DNA of 62,977 bases, counting the filler, from Choristocarpus tenellus KU-1152 (lineage: Eukaryota; Protista; Phaeophyceae), in the NCBI GenBank assembly GCA_964200185.2. It is 11 parts of 11 records of this genome, joined end to end, with 100 filler letters (N's around TTAATTAATTAA, not from the genome) between each part and the next. Parts side by side here need not be neighbours in the genome. Positions count along the whole stretch, not along the records: positions 1 to 4,519 come from CAXNAD020014183.1; positions 4,620 to 10,160 come from CAXNAD020010470.1; positions 10,261 to 15,867 come from CAXNAD020010269.1; 8 more parts are not named here. The stretch is one strand, 5' to 3'. The stretch's first letter is position 1. Each line of letters begins with the position of its first letter. This document shows, piece by piece, positions 1 to 10,931 of this stretch. A model generated the notes under the pieces. That model worked only from the letters and a program-made list of their open reading frames with translations, ran no database searches and was not told the origin of the DNA. The position numbers and the translations under genes are program-made.

Positions 1-845
1 AACTAATGCGACCAGTTCCCATCACGCCGCCGCATACGCACCCCGGTTTTTCCCCCCCCCCCCCCCCCCCCCAAATACTTTGGGTCAGATATCCCTTTTT
101 GGCATGTCTTATTCAAATCCCCCACCAAGAATTGCATGGATCCCAAGTGAAAGGTGGGGGACGCAAGCATGAGGATACTGCTGAGTGAGGATGCAGGCTT
201 ACATGTAATGGAGATAGTAGGACAGGTGAAGATCTGATTCCAGTGTATAGGAAACACCTATAGATTAGCTCTGAAGCACTATGTATATGAAGTGGCATCC
301 TTCTACCTTTTGAGGTGTCGTCCATGGAGTCGATAATAACAGGAAGGGGACGGGAAGATATATATTATTACGTGTGTGTGTGTATACAGGGCGTATTGAT
401 GGGTTAATTTTTCTTTTTTCTCAGTATTATTCGTGTCTTTACGTCGTGGTTGCTGTATTTTCTAGGTTCCAAAGTAAGGCGTGGGAACCTCCCTAACATG
501 AATGTAGAGCCAGTAAGTCGAGCTCTTCCTTGTTATTGTTGAATCATCTGCGAGTATTTTTGCTGTGTGTGAGGCACGTTCCATCAGATACGACTGGCTA
601 TTGTTTGTTGCTGTGGGACTTCACACCCAATAGTAGAGCTCATTCATCACAAAAACAATGCGATTGCTGTTCACATACTGCTTACATGTCATGGCAGGTT
701 GGTGGTAAAGACACAGCCATACATACATTCACATTGACGCATTGCCAGGCATTTCACAGTTGTTGCCATTAGAGCAAGGCGTAATGAAATTACCACGCTG
801 GCAACTGCTATTGACATCTCCTCAGTGCCCATCACATTAGGATAT

Positions 846-1103
846 GAGCCAAAGTATCTTAGAGGGTAGAGCCATGTCCGTTTGGGGACTAAAATCCAAT
901 GTTGTGATTTTGTTTGTAATTTTGCCCATCGTGTTTGTTAGGAAGTGTCAATATCCTTGTTCTGGACACACCTTTTCATACCGTACATTTGACCTACTCC
1001 GAAATATTTCGGAGTAGAAAAATGTCATAGAAAAACCGTTGGAAGCCAAGCCCCAAACAGGCAAAACAGAGCAAAACTCGTACCCTCTAAGTTACTTTCA
1101 TTC
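846..1103 (+). mobile_element. MITE family A (~255 bp non-autonomous DNA transposon)
   Basis: TIRs GAGCCAAAGTATCTTAGAGGGTA ... TACCCTCTAAGTTACTTTCATTC; central hairpin CTACTCCGAAA-TA-TTTCGGAGTAG; 3-bp TSD TAT; 17 copies in the window. Confidence 0.9.
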
Positions 1104-1917
1104 TATATGGGGGCATATGTGGAAGAAGCAAGCAAGCCCTTATTCTGTAGACATGCCATTGTAGGGGGAGGGGGGGAGGGTCACACCCATTCATCCAAGT
1201 ATGGTTCGAGAAATGTGGATGATAGATTCATTGCAGAGCGTAGCTAACCTGCTTCATATCATGAACAGGGGGGGATTGTAGACACATGATTTGGAGGACC
1301 CTTGAACAAGTGAGTGTGATAGATGTCTACTACCTAATTGTTGTGGCAAAATAGAGACAGTTTCTGATTTTTGGGGCACTTTCAATCGCACAACGGAGAG
1401 TAGCGCGAATTCTCACAAAAGAGTGAATACAGCAATTCATTGTAAAGATTATGATACAAATATTTTGACTTCCTTTTTTCGGATCTCTTCAATTACCACA
1501 TAGGGAGAGAGAGAGAAGGGAAGAGGGGTGGCATGATCATACACACAGTTACATAGAGATATCCACCACTTTGCATCTAGCAATGATACACCTACTCAGT
1601 ACTGTGCTTGATGTCTTTCTAGGACTTGTGTTTGTGGAAGAAAGATACTATTTATACTTAAAGTCAGCATCCACGTTAGTTTTTTTCTGAGAAAGGGATA
1701 AGGTAAGTAGGGACCAAGGAAGTTGGACACCCTTCAGAAACAGACATCGCTCACCCCAGAAAATAGCGTTGGCTACACTAAACAAGAGCCACAGTCAGCT
1801 TTCTGTAGATCATTTGAAGACCCACACACACGAAAGGCTAATAGCTTGCTGTCATAAAATCAAGTATATCAGGGTCAGAGAGGAGGCGAAGGAATCCTTG
1901 AAGAAAAGATCGATTCA

Positions 1918-2171
1918 CAGACAATCAACTGAGAGGCAGGCAGGTTTGGACCATTTTCCTTTTTTGCCATAGTTCTTACGCTGTGAAATACTCTATTTCA
2001 TTGCTTAATGTACACAATAGTGTGTGCAAAATTGATGGCCCCCACTTCCACACAAAAGTGACACCACATTTCAGCAAAGGCTCTTTCTGCAATGGTACAA
2101 AATGACATTTCTTTGCCTTTCTCGAGATCCTTAAAATGCCACCCTGCCTACCTCTCAGTCGGTTTTGACTA
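1918..2171 (-). mobile_element. MITE family B copy
   Basis: Inverted ends CAACTGAGAGGCAGGCAGG ... CCTGCCTACCTCTCAGTCGG; reverse-orientation homolog of 42283-42540 and 54405-54668; exact ends approximate. Confidence 0.75.
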
Positions 2172-2732
2172 AGTAGTCGATTAAGGCGTAAGCAGTATCA
2201 GATTACTGTGCGAATCAGGAGTAGCATACGATTTTGCAAGGAGAGTGGTCAAGGCGTATCTATCTCTTTGAAGGTTATCAATAATAGTAATAATATTCAA
2301 GAAACAGCGAAAATGATTTTGTGTGTTTTGAGTCGTGAAACTTGAGTAAGCGTGGTGGTACAAAGGAGAAAGAAAAAAACATATGGTGCAGTTGCTTCTC
2401 ACACACACTGCATAAACATTACCCGCGCCTCACACATACTCAATCTTATCATTTACCTTACGTTCTGGATTTCTGGTTATTTCTGTGAGCATACAGTCCA
2501 CTTCACCCATCCTGCACCCAACTCACCAGAGTTTACACATACTTGCAATGAATAACTCTCTACAGGCTAAAACTGACACATGACGCACTTGGACTTGCCT
2601 GTCAACATTGTACTTGAAATTAATGTTGGAAGATACTTACTCAGGAAACAATCAGTTGCTCGATATTTAGAGTGCCGTTGGAGAACTGTTCGATAACTGG
2701 ATAGTTGATAGTAATCTTTCTGTTGAGTGATT

Positions 2733-2917
2733 GGTTCAAAGTATCTGGGGGGGGGGGAGGTGGCGACTGTCCATTTGGGGTCCAATTTTCCATGTCGCGA
2801 TTTTTGGGTGATTTGGATTGCATGGATCGGGTGGATAATGTAAGAGCACTTTTCTTGGTCAGGGCCCAAATGGACACTCTGGTCTAGCCCCATCCCTCAC
2901 CCCAGATACTTTGAGTC
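2733..2917 (+). mobile_element. MITE family C (poly-G TIR relative of family A), complete copy
   Basis: TIRs GGTTCAAAGTATCTGGGG ... CCCCAGATACTTTGAGTC; internal GTCCATTTGGGG/CCCAAATGGAC motifs shared with family A; TSD ATT. Confidence 0.8.
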
Positions 2918-3235
2918 ATTATTAAGAGAACAATATCCAGGTTATTGCAGTATCATAAGAAGAATCCTGGAAAAGGAATGCTGTAGCCAGTAACATAGGT
3001 TGAGTAATGAGTCATTAGTCATCTGGGATGAGTGAAATGTTGATCACCCCCCCCTTCCTGAAGGGTGTATCTCACTCCAACTTTCTACCTCCTACAACAT
3101 AACTGAGAAGGAATTAATCTACATTATTTCAATATCTATTCTTTTTATCACATTCTTTACCATGCTAGTTAGCATACTTTAAAGTGTGCTGATATCTCAA
3201 GAAAGATAGTAGTAGAAGAGTCAGACGGAGTCCCG

Positions 3236-4519
3236 ATGGCGTCTGCTATCAGTAACGTGAGCATGGAGGATGAAGATGTTGGTATGGAAGAACAGGGCTT
3301 CTATGATGGCGAGAATCGAGCGACGAGGGGGATCGCGACCTCAAAACCGACTGCGAGAGTGGACTTGCAGCGCCTCATCCCTCAAAATTTGTGTTATAAA
3401 ATGGTGACGATGATGGGGAGGGGTTTCCCTCGTACAAGAAACGATTTTTAACTTGTGCTGCAATGGATGGGTGGATGGACGTATTGTTCGCTCAAGACCA
3501 CATCAGGGTGGGCATTGAAAGACGAAACACGTCAAGATGGTCACCATGGCGTTGGCTGGATTGGTTATGAGTGTAGGTGGACTTGCACTCGACATTGTCG
3601 ATAGTCACGACAGCCCGTCTGAAGCTTTCCACGCACTGAAGGCCGTTTGGAAAGAGATGGTATCACCGAACGAGCGTCTGGAGGACCAAGTTATATGATT
3701 TGCGTCTAGCAATTGGGGTGTATCCTGCTGATATTATTCAAGAGATGGAATAGCTGGTGAAGAAGTTGTGGAGTCTTGGCGCCGAACCAGACGAGGAAGA
3801 GCAGCTGATAGTCATTCAAAACTGTTTTGCTGCAGACTATATGATCGAGATACGTCAGGTTTCCGATATGAGTCGAACGACTAGGTTGCAACTTCAGAAG
3901 AGAGTTTGCGAAACCTATAGGATAAACAAGAGGTTGGTGGGCAATGGTATTGGGAACCATAATGGAGCGCTGATGTCTAGTGGAAGCTCGACTTTCAATC
4001 GTGGATCGCGTCCTGCATCATCGGCTGGACATCATGGTCAAGAAGTAAAATGTTTAAAGTACGGTGGACCACATTACATGTCTGTTTGTCCGTCTGTTTC
4101 TTCCCCACCTGTAACAGGCAAATTTTCCGGTACCAGCTACATTTAAAGCGGATCGGGACACAAAGCTAATAATTGTCCTGGACGTGCAGTGGCTATGGCG
4201 GCAGCCAAACAAGTCGCAGATGGTGGTGCAACAACTACACAGAGGAAGAGGCGTCGTCGAGAAAAGGCGAATGTTGGAAATAATGAACCACCGAAGATGA
4301 TTGGGGGTTTCTCGACGGTGAGGAATGAGAACGTTGAACAAAGGGACGATGTATGATATTTTGATACTGGGTATTCTGTCCATATGACCAACAACCCCAT
4401 TCTTTTGATAGACCAACGACCTGTTAGTGAAAAGTTGTTACTGTTGGTACAGGACAGAAACTTCGTGTTACCATGGGTCAAAAACGGACGCAGACAACCC
4501 ACCCCCCCACAGCTCCTCT
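3236..4519 (+). mobile_element. Ty1/copia LTR retrotransposon relic (gag to protease), cut by gap
   Basis: Interrupted gag-like frames with degenerate zinc knuckles (CLKYGGPHYMSVC; GSGHKANNCP) followed by the copia protease motif YFDTGYSVHMT at ~4357-4389; stops and frameshifts. Confidence 0.75.
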
Positions 4520-4619
4520 NNNNNNNNNNNNNNNNNNNNNNNNNNNNNNNNNNNNNNNNNNNNTTAATTAATTAANNNNNNNNNNNNNNNNNNNNNNNNN
4601 NNNNNNNNNNNNNNNNNNN
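4520..4619. other. Artificial contig linker (first of ten)
   Basis: N44-TTAATTAATTAA-N44, stops in all six frames; identical linkers at 10161, 15868, 19992, 33521, 45492, 49879, 52571, 56890, 59961. Confidence 0.97.
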
Positions 4620-6050
4620 CTCTACAGCTGCAGGGTCACACCCCTTTGCAACCGTGAACCCTCCTTTCTCCGGGACCCAGGCAATTACCCTTGCCCAGGG
4701 GGGTAGTCCTGTCACACCACTTTCAATCCATGACGAAACCAGTGCCGTGCAATCAGGTGTCTCTTTTTCCACTGGGGCTACAAGGAAGTCCCCTGGTGTG
4801 AGATGGTAGTCAGACATTGCATCCGGAAAAAGGAAAGACAGGCGATTTACCCCACAAGATAGGCAGGCATCTATCAGATGTGCCTTGTGTTCGTCGAGGT
4901 GGTCTGTTTTCTCCCCATGGTGTGGAATCTGGAGAGGTGGATCGAGAGCAAGAAAATGAGTAGTGAGGGAAAATAACACCTTGTACGTCGGAGCATGTAC
5001 AGAGCCCAAGGCCCAACAACACATACAGTCCCTCAGCACACCCTAGTACTTTGCATTCAGGGTATAATTAGACAACGCAACAATACTTCAAATCAACCAT
5101 GGTATAAAGATGAAGGAGGCAGGCTAAGCATCAACTGCGTCATGAGGAGACTTGCAGTCCTTTGTGCTTGGCCTCATTTCCATCCACCAACCACATTGTG
5201 GTAGTTGTGTTGTTTCTCCTGCTGTCAACAGTCTTCTTTCCCCCGAACTCATAGGTGGGAGCTTTGATGCAATCTTCTAGTGAGTGTGTGAAATGATGCG
5301 ATGATGCGATAAAGATATGAATGACAAGACAGAGCTTTGGGTCTTCTAGGAGCGGTGCACTTCCGACTCACTTCTTATAGTTCATTGCAAGAAAAAAGCT
5401 TGCAGTGGGATGTGTAGGGATAAAGAATCAATGGCATTTGATGCTGATCTACCAGACAAGATCTACTGTGATGGAAGGCATAAATTGACGAATAGATGCT
5501 AACAATGGAAAACGACTCCAACTATATCACTGCAGTACAAGGTTGGGTTTAGTGGGGGGCAGTGGTGATAAGAGGAGGTCAGGGATGTTGTTGGCTCGAT
5601 CCTGAGACGACAGATGTAACCAACTATCATTAGAGTCTCTTGCACCTGGGTCCTCGAGTTCAAAACCACCCTTGTTGCAAGCATTTGAACTGACCCAAGG
5701 GCCACGAAGAGAAGCAGTAACCCAAGCACATAGAACGCCGTGTTTAGACACAGTATTCTTCTTCCCCAAGGAGTAGATCTGTCTGAACCCTGTTCCTCGT
5801 TCTGACCAAGAGCCTCAGTGGGAGCTGCTCGAATCAAGTTGCGTAATCTTCCACCCAAACCTCCGTTGGCCTCAAACCCCTCAACCACAAACACTCCAAC
5901 CTGACACTCCGGGACTGGTAAATTGTGTGAAAGAGAAGACGGTGACACCTCTACAAGTGTAGAAGGTATCCTTGATTCCATTCTTCCCTGTATCACAATG
6001 TGGATCAGTAGGAGGTCGGTAAAATATTTGGAAATATTTGACATTCCACT
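4620..6050 (-). mobile_element. Degenerate copia-like retrotransposon relic (integrase C-terminal region)
   Basis: LRDCMCCWALGSVHAPTYK resembles the copia post-integrase motif LRVFGCxAFVHxP; heavily decayed, limits uncertain. Confidence 0.4.
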
Positions 6051-6091
6051 GAACCCGTTATAACAAAGTCAGGGACAAACAACGGAAAATC

Positions 6092-6850
6092 GAATCCAAG
6101 ACTCTTAAAGGGTAGAGCCACGTCCGTTTGGGGGTCAAAATTCACTATTGATATTTGATGAAAAAAATGGCTATTGAGTGAAAGTATTTTAGAGGGTACG
6201 AGTTTTCCCTGTTTGTCTGTTTGGGACTAAACTTCCCATGGGTTTCTCATGACATTTTACCTACTCTGAAAGGTTTTACAGTAAGTAAGAGCCGAAGTAT
6301 CTTAGAAGGTAGGGCCGTGTCCATTTGTGGACCAAACTCCAATGCTGTGATTTTGATGTAATTTTGGCTATCGCGTTTGTTAGTAAGCGTCATTATCCTT
6401 GTAGACACATATTTTCATAACGTGTACATTTTTCCTACTCCAAAAAATTATGGAGTAGGAAAATTTCATAACTAAACCTGGACAAACAGGGTAAAACTCG
6501 TACCCTCTAAGATACTTTCACTCTAAAATGGATACGTTATAAAAATGTGTGGCCGGAATAAGGATATTGACACGTCCTAATAAAAAAGATAGCCAGAATT
6601 ACATCAAAATCCCAACATTGGATTTTGACCCCCAAAAGGACATGCCCCTACACTCTAAGATACATTGGCTCTATTTTCTTTGTTAGAAAGTGTCAATGTC
6701 CTTGTTCCAAACACACATTTTCACAACATACAAATTTTATCAGCTGCTCCAAAATATTTCAAAGTAGAAAATGTCAAAAAACCCACTAGTATGCCAAGCC
6801 CCAAAAAGACAAACAGGGCAAAACTCATACCCTCTAAGATACTTTCACTC
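6092..6850 (+). mobile_element. Triple-nested MITE A stack: outer (+) 6092-6850, middle (-) 6176-6671, inner (+) 6289-6523
   Basis: Removing the inner copy (TSD TAA) and then the middle copy (TSD TATT) restores continuous consensus elements. Confidence 0.9.
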
Positions 6851-6956
6851 ACTATAATTAAAAGACATTAGACCTAAGTCAAGAAACACATGATTAGACT
6901 CTACATACGATATAGCCAAAAACACCTTCACCGTCATCATCATCGCCAAGAGCAGG

Positions 6957-7482
6957 GGGCCGAAGTATCTTAGAGGGTAGAACCTCGTCCATTTTGGGGT
7001 CAAGATCTAATGTTGCGATTTAGAGTGAAAATATCATAGAGGGTACGAGTTTTGCCCTGTTTGTCCATTTGGGGCTTAGATTCCCATAGGAGTTTTTTAT
7101 GATATTTTCCTACTCCAGAATGTTTAGGAGTAGATAAATGTATACTTCATGAAAAGGTATATCCGGAACATCGATATTGACACTTCCTAACAAACACAAT
7201 TAGACAAAATTTCAATAAATCGTTACATTGGATTTTGGCCCTCAAATGGACGCGGCTCTACCCTCTAAGATACTTTGGCTCTTAAATACAATTTTGGGCA
7301 TCGTGTTTGTTAGGAAGTGAATATCCATGTTCTATTCTGGACACACCTTTTCAAAACATATACACACTTTACCTACTCTTAATCATTTTGGAGTAGGAAA
7401 ATGCCATAAAAGAACTTATGGGAAGCCAAGCGCCAAATGGACAAACAGGGCAAAACTCATACCCTCTACAATAATTTCACTC
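6957..7482 (+). mobile_element. Double-nested MITE A: outer (+) 6957-7482, inner (-) 7023-7281
   Basis: Inner copy flanked by TSD TTA; the outer halves rejoin into the consensus. Confidence 0.9.
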
Positions 7483-7989
7483 AGACAGAAAATCAAACCA
7501 GATACAGACGAAGGTGTCCAGAGGAAAAAAGAACGAAAGGTAGGAAGAAGTGGAGAGGAGATAAGAGCTACACGGGCATGTCTACATATGTTTGTATACA
7601 TACCATGTGGAAGGAAAGAATTGGCGGAATCGCAAAAGGGTCCCCACATGCTAGTGCAAGGATTGACACATACATTTGATTTTTCACCTGCAACAGAATA
7701 TCAACTTCATGCGCATGTGCTGCAGTATGAAGACCTCAGGTGACCAATCCAAGGTTCAGACACAACCCCTACACCTACCTCCAGCCTAATCGTCACGCAC
7801 GCTGCACGTTTCATCTCTCAAAATCGAAAAGCACAAAGGCTAAGTTCTGAGGGAGTGCTTTTACCATGCAACAACCCTGGTCTTTCAGTGGTAAATGAAA
7901 TCTCATGAGATCACACATGTCATCCTCTGTACAAGTCAATTCACACACCCCGAGATCCCGTTCCTAACCTTGTTCACAGAAGGTGTGGA

Positions 7990-9600
7990 GCCTGAGGACA
8001 TGTCTCTAAGATCCATCTGAGATCTTTTTTTTTACGGTGTAACCGTTTTCTCTTCTTGTGTTTAGAAGCACGTTGGAGAGCTGTTCTTCCTTTGTCGTTC
8101 TGTGATATCCGATTTTTGATGGAATGTTATTCGATTGGCGTTTTTTGCTGTTCTTGCGCTGTTTGATGATAGAGTAAACTCGGAATGGCTGCAACGTCTG
8201 TTCTTGGAATATCTGTGCATGGTGGATCGTTGATGTTAGGCGCAATGGTTAGCTTTCGGACTGGAATATGCCCTGACTTGATATGGACTGAATGCACTGG
8301 GTAGGCTTGTTTTCATTGTTCCATTTTTAATTGTATTACGTTTCGCGTTGTGTATCACACCTGTTGAAGTCCTCTTCTTGTTATGCAGACTTGATGTGTG
8401 TAGGAGAAGCTTTGTAACAAGATTTTGGGATGCGTTCAATTCACGTGTTGAACGAGGTACTGTTTAATTATCTCGCTAACTGTGAATATCAGGTTCGTTG
8501 CTTCTTTCCTCCTCTTTTCTCGGAGTTCCTTAGGCAATGTATCATGCAGATCTATGACAGGGGTGAAGTAGAGGACACCATTTTGGATTGTGATGATGTG
8601 TTGACTATGCGATAAACTGTCTATGAAACCTCTTTGAAATAAAACGGAACATCAAGTTGTAACGACTCTTGGAAACGAAGGTCTTACAACGAAGTATTTC
8701 CAAGTACGTTTGGTCGCCCTCTTGGACACTTGGAGAATGCCACCCACAGTGTAAAGAGCACACAATAACTGCAAGAAATTGTGAACTTCCTTTATATGCA
8801 ATTCTTTTAATCTCAATTGGACGTGTAGGTTGCACTCAAGGGCTGAGAAAGGAGTATTTCTATTCGAAACAGATAGTCTCGACTCTCAACTACTGGAAGG
8901 GAGATTGCAATAAAAATGGTCCTCAGTTAGCCCGAGCGAAGTAATTTGCACCGTAGCTTGGAACCATCCGAAAGATTCTTGGCATCCGAGGATAGGTTTC
9001 AATATGAGGTCACTCGGCGATACTTTACTATTGTAGTGTGGTTTGGGGTCGGTGTGCTAGATGAGGTAGATTCACCTCTACGAACAAATTACAACTGGGC
9101 TGTTCTTTGATAGGGAGTTGTGACCGTGGCCTCGCACTTGTGTTGTGTAGTGCTATTATTATTAAGTAGAACTATCCAAACCACCACATTGCTCCATTTC
9201 GCTCCTCTTACCACAAACGGCTAAGTGGAGGTTGCATGTTGCAGCTGGTTACCCTTATTATCTAGCTTTGGGAGAGCCTGATTATTTCTGGTTGACTCTC
9301 CGTAATGGAGGTAACCAGTTGCACTGATTGCTGTCTTCAACTACCCAAAGTGTTGCCTTGAATATTCCGATGGAATCCCATGTCCTGTTGAAATTCGCAC
9401 TCTGAATGTCGCGTAGGGGGGTCTGGCTCCGTGCAAGTTCTCGTTCTCAAAGTGCTTGGGAGGAGTACCTCGTGCGTGTGCACAACACGTAGATACTCTG
9501 TACTGGCGGGTATCTCTGGAGCAGGTAATGGTCCCATTTTGTTTGGACATGAACTTTTTTGATGAATCAACTTAATTATGTGTCTAAATATGTGTATTGA
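7990..9600 (-). mobile_element. Penelope-like retroelement relic 1 (RT)
   Basis: Collinear decayed PLE RT motifs across frames: LILKPILGCQES (PLRPIIS), SYCVLFTL (SFDVxSLFT), QNGVLYFTPVIDL (QGxxMGSPLSP), VIQLKMEQ*KQAYP (IQFTME..LPFLD), RRENGYTVKKKI (LxxNGYP). Confidence 0.6.
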
Positions 9601-10714
9601 ACGGGTCGATCAAATACGAGGTCTGGCTAGGGTCTAGGTTGCGAATTCACTCTACAGCATTGGTTATCTCTGCCAATCCACACAGGATGAGAACATCATT
9701 GCCTCCCACCCTAGTCTCGTCATTTAGGGATACGTATGTGGACAGGCCAGTCGATTGAACTAGTGAGTAGAGGCAGTTCTGGTAGGTTCAAAGCACCTAA
9801 CGTTATTACATCCTTGCATAACAACATCGGATATATCTCTGGTCTCTAGGTTGCACCGTTGGGGGGATGGTGTTTTGATCCTCCTCCCATACCTCAACCC
9901 ATAGTAGTAACTTTACAACGGAACCCTTGGTGTGTTCGGAATATTATGAGATAAATATTATCGTTGAGTGTTTTAGCTATATATAGGGTACATTGTGGTT
10001 GTGTGATGGCAAGGACTATTTATGAAATATACTGCAATCTGTACATCCAAGATAGAATCTTTCGTTTTGGATACAGGTCAAAGTATCTGGGGGGGGGGGG
10101 GGGGGTGGGGGCCGGTTTTCATCTTTTTTTCATTTTTCCTGTTTTTGGGGGGTTTGGTGGNNNNNNNNNNNNNNNNNNNNNNNNNNNNNNNNNNNNNNNN
10201 NNNNTTAATTAATTAANNNNNNNNNNNNNNNNNNNNNNNNNNNNNNNNNNNNNNNNNNNNACTGATTCGTGGTGAAGCATGGTGGGTTTCATTGGGGTGC
10301 ACAATAATAATAATAATAAATTGGCATATGAAAAAAAACATTTGAGATACAAAGGTACTCCTACTAGTACTACATCATAATAAATTCTGTACTATTTTTT
10401 TTTTTTGCAACATGCAGTTCAGAGTGAACAGTACAAAATGTTCATGGTGTTGTCATGAAACTGTCACATCAGCTACTACATATATGCATATGTATATATA
10501 TTTATAAAGTGATTGCTTCCTACAAGTATTTAAAAAATAAACAAAGTAGCTCAGGGGGTTACGTCGGAAATAATAAAAAAAAGTCGGAAATCAGGAAGGG
10601 AAGAAAAATAAAAAATATTATGTGCTGGTGTGTATACCTTTGTTGGAATGCTCGTCTGTCGTTGGTGTAGGAATAAACAGTGAGTGTATATTGTCTTTTC
10701 ACCAAGCACTATAT

Positions 10715-10925
10715 TTATTGCACCTTTTAAATTTTATATATTACACCTTTTTTTATTACATTTAAAATTTTATTTATTATACCTTTTAAATTTATTTGCT
10801 CCCCCTTTTTATTACATTTTAATTTAAATTTATTATACCTTTTAAATTTTATTTGTTATGCCTTTTCATCACATATTAATTTGTTTATTATACCTTTTAA
10901 ATTTTATTTATTATACCTTTTTTTT
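10715..10925. repeat. AT-rich minisatellite (TATTATACCTTTTAAATTT-like units)
   Basis: Imperfect tandem ~20-bp units directly visible. Confidence 0.7.
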
Positions 10926-10931
10926 CCACAG

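Noticed and set aside
846-1103. MITE A as a Tourist/PIF-Harbinger element
   Set aside because: Only two TSDs are TAA/TTA; the rest are other 3-mers or 4-mers.
100-2700. Possible small exons in the first contig
   Set aside because: No phase-consistent chain or recognisable protein could be built.
4564-4575. TTAATTAATTAA as a biological motif
   Set aside because: Identical and centred in every 100-bp N gap, so it is an assembly spacer.
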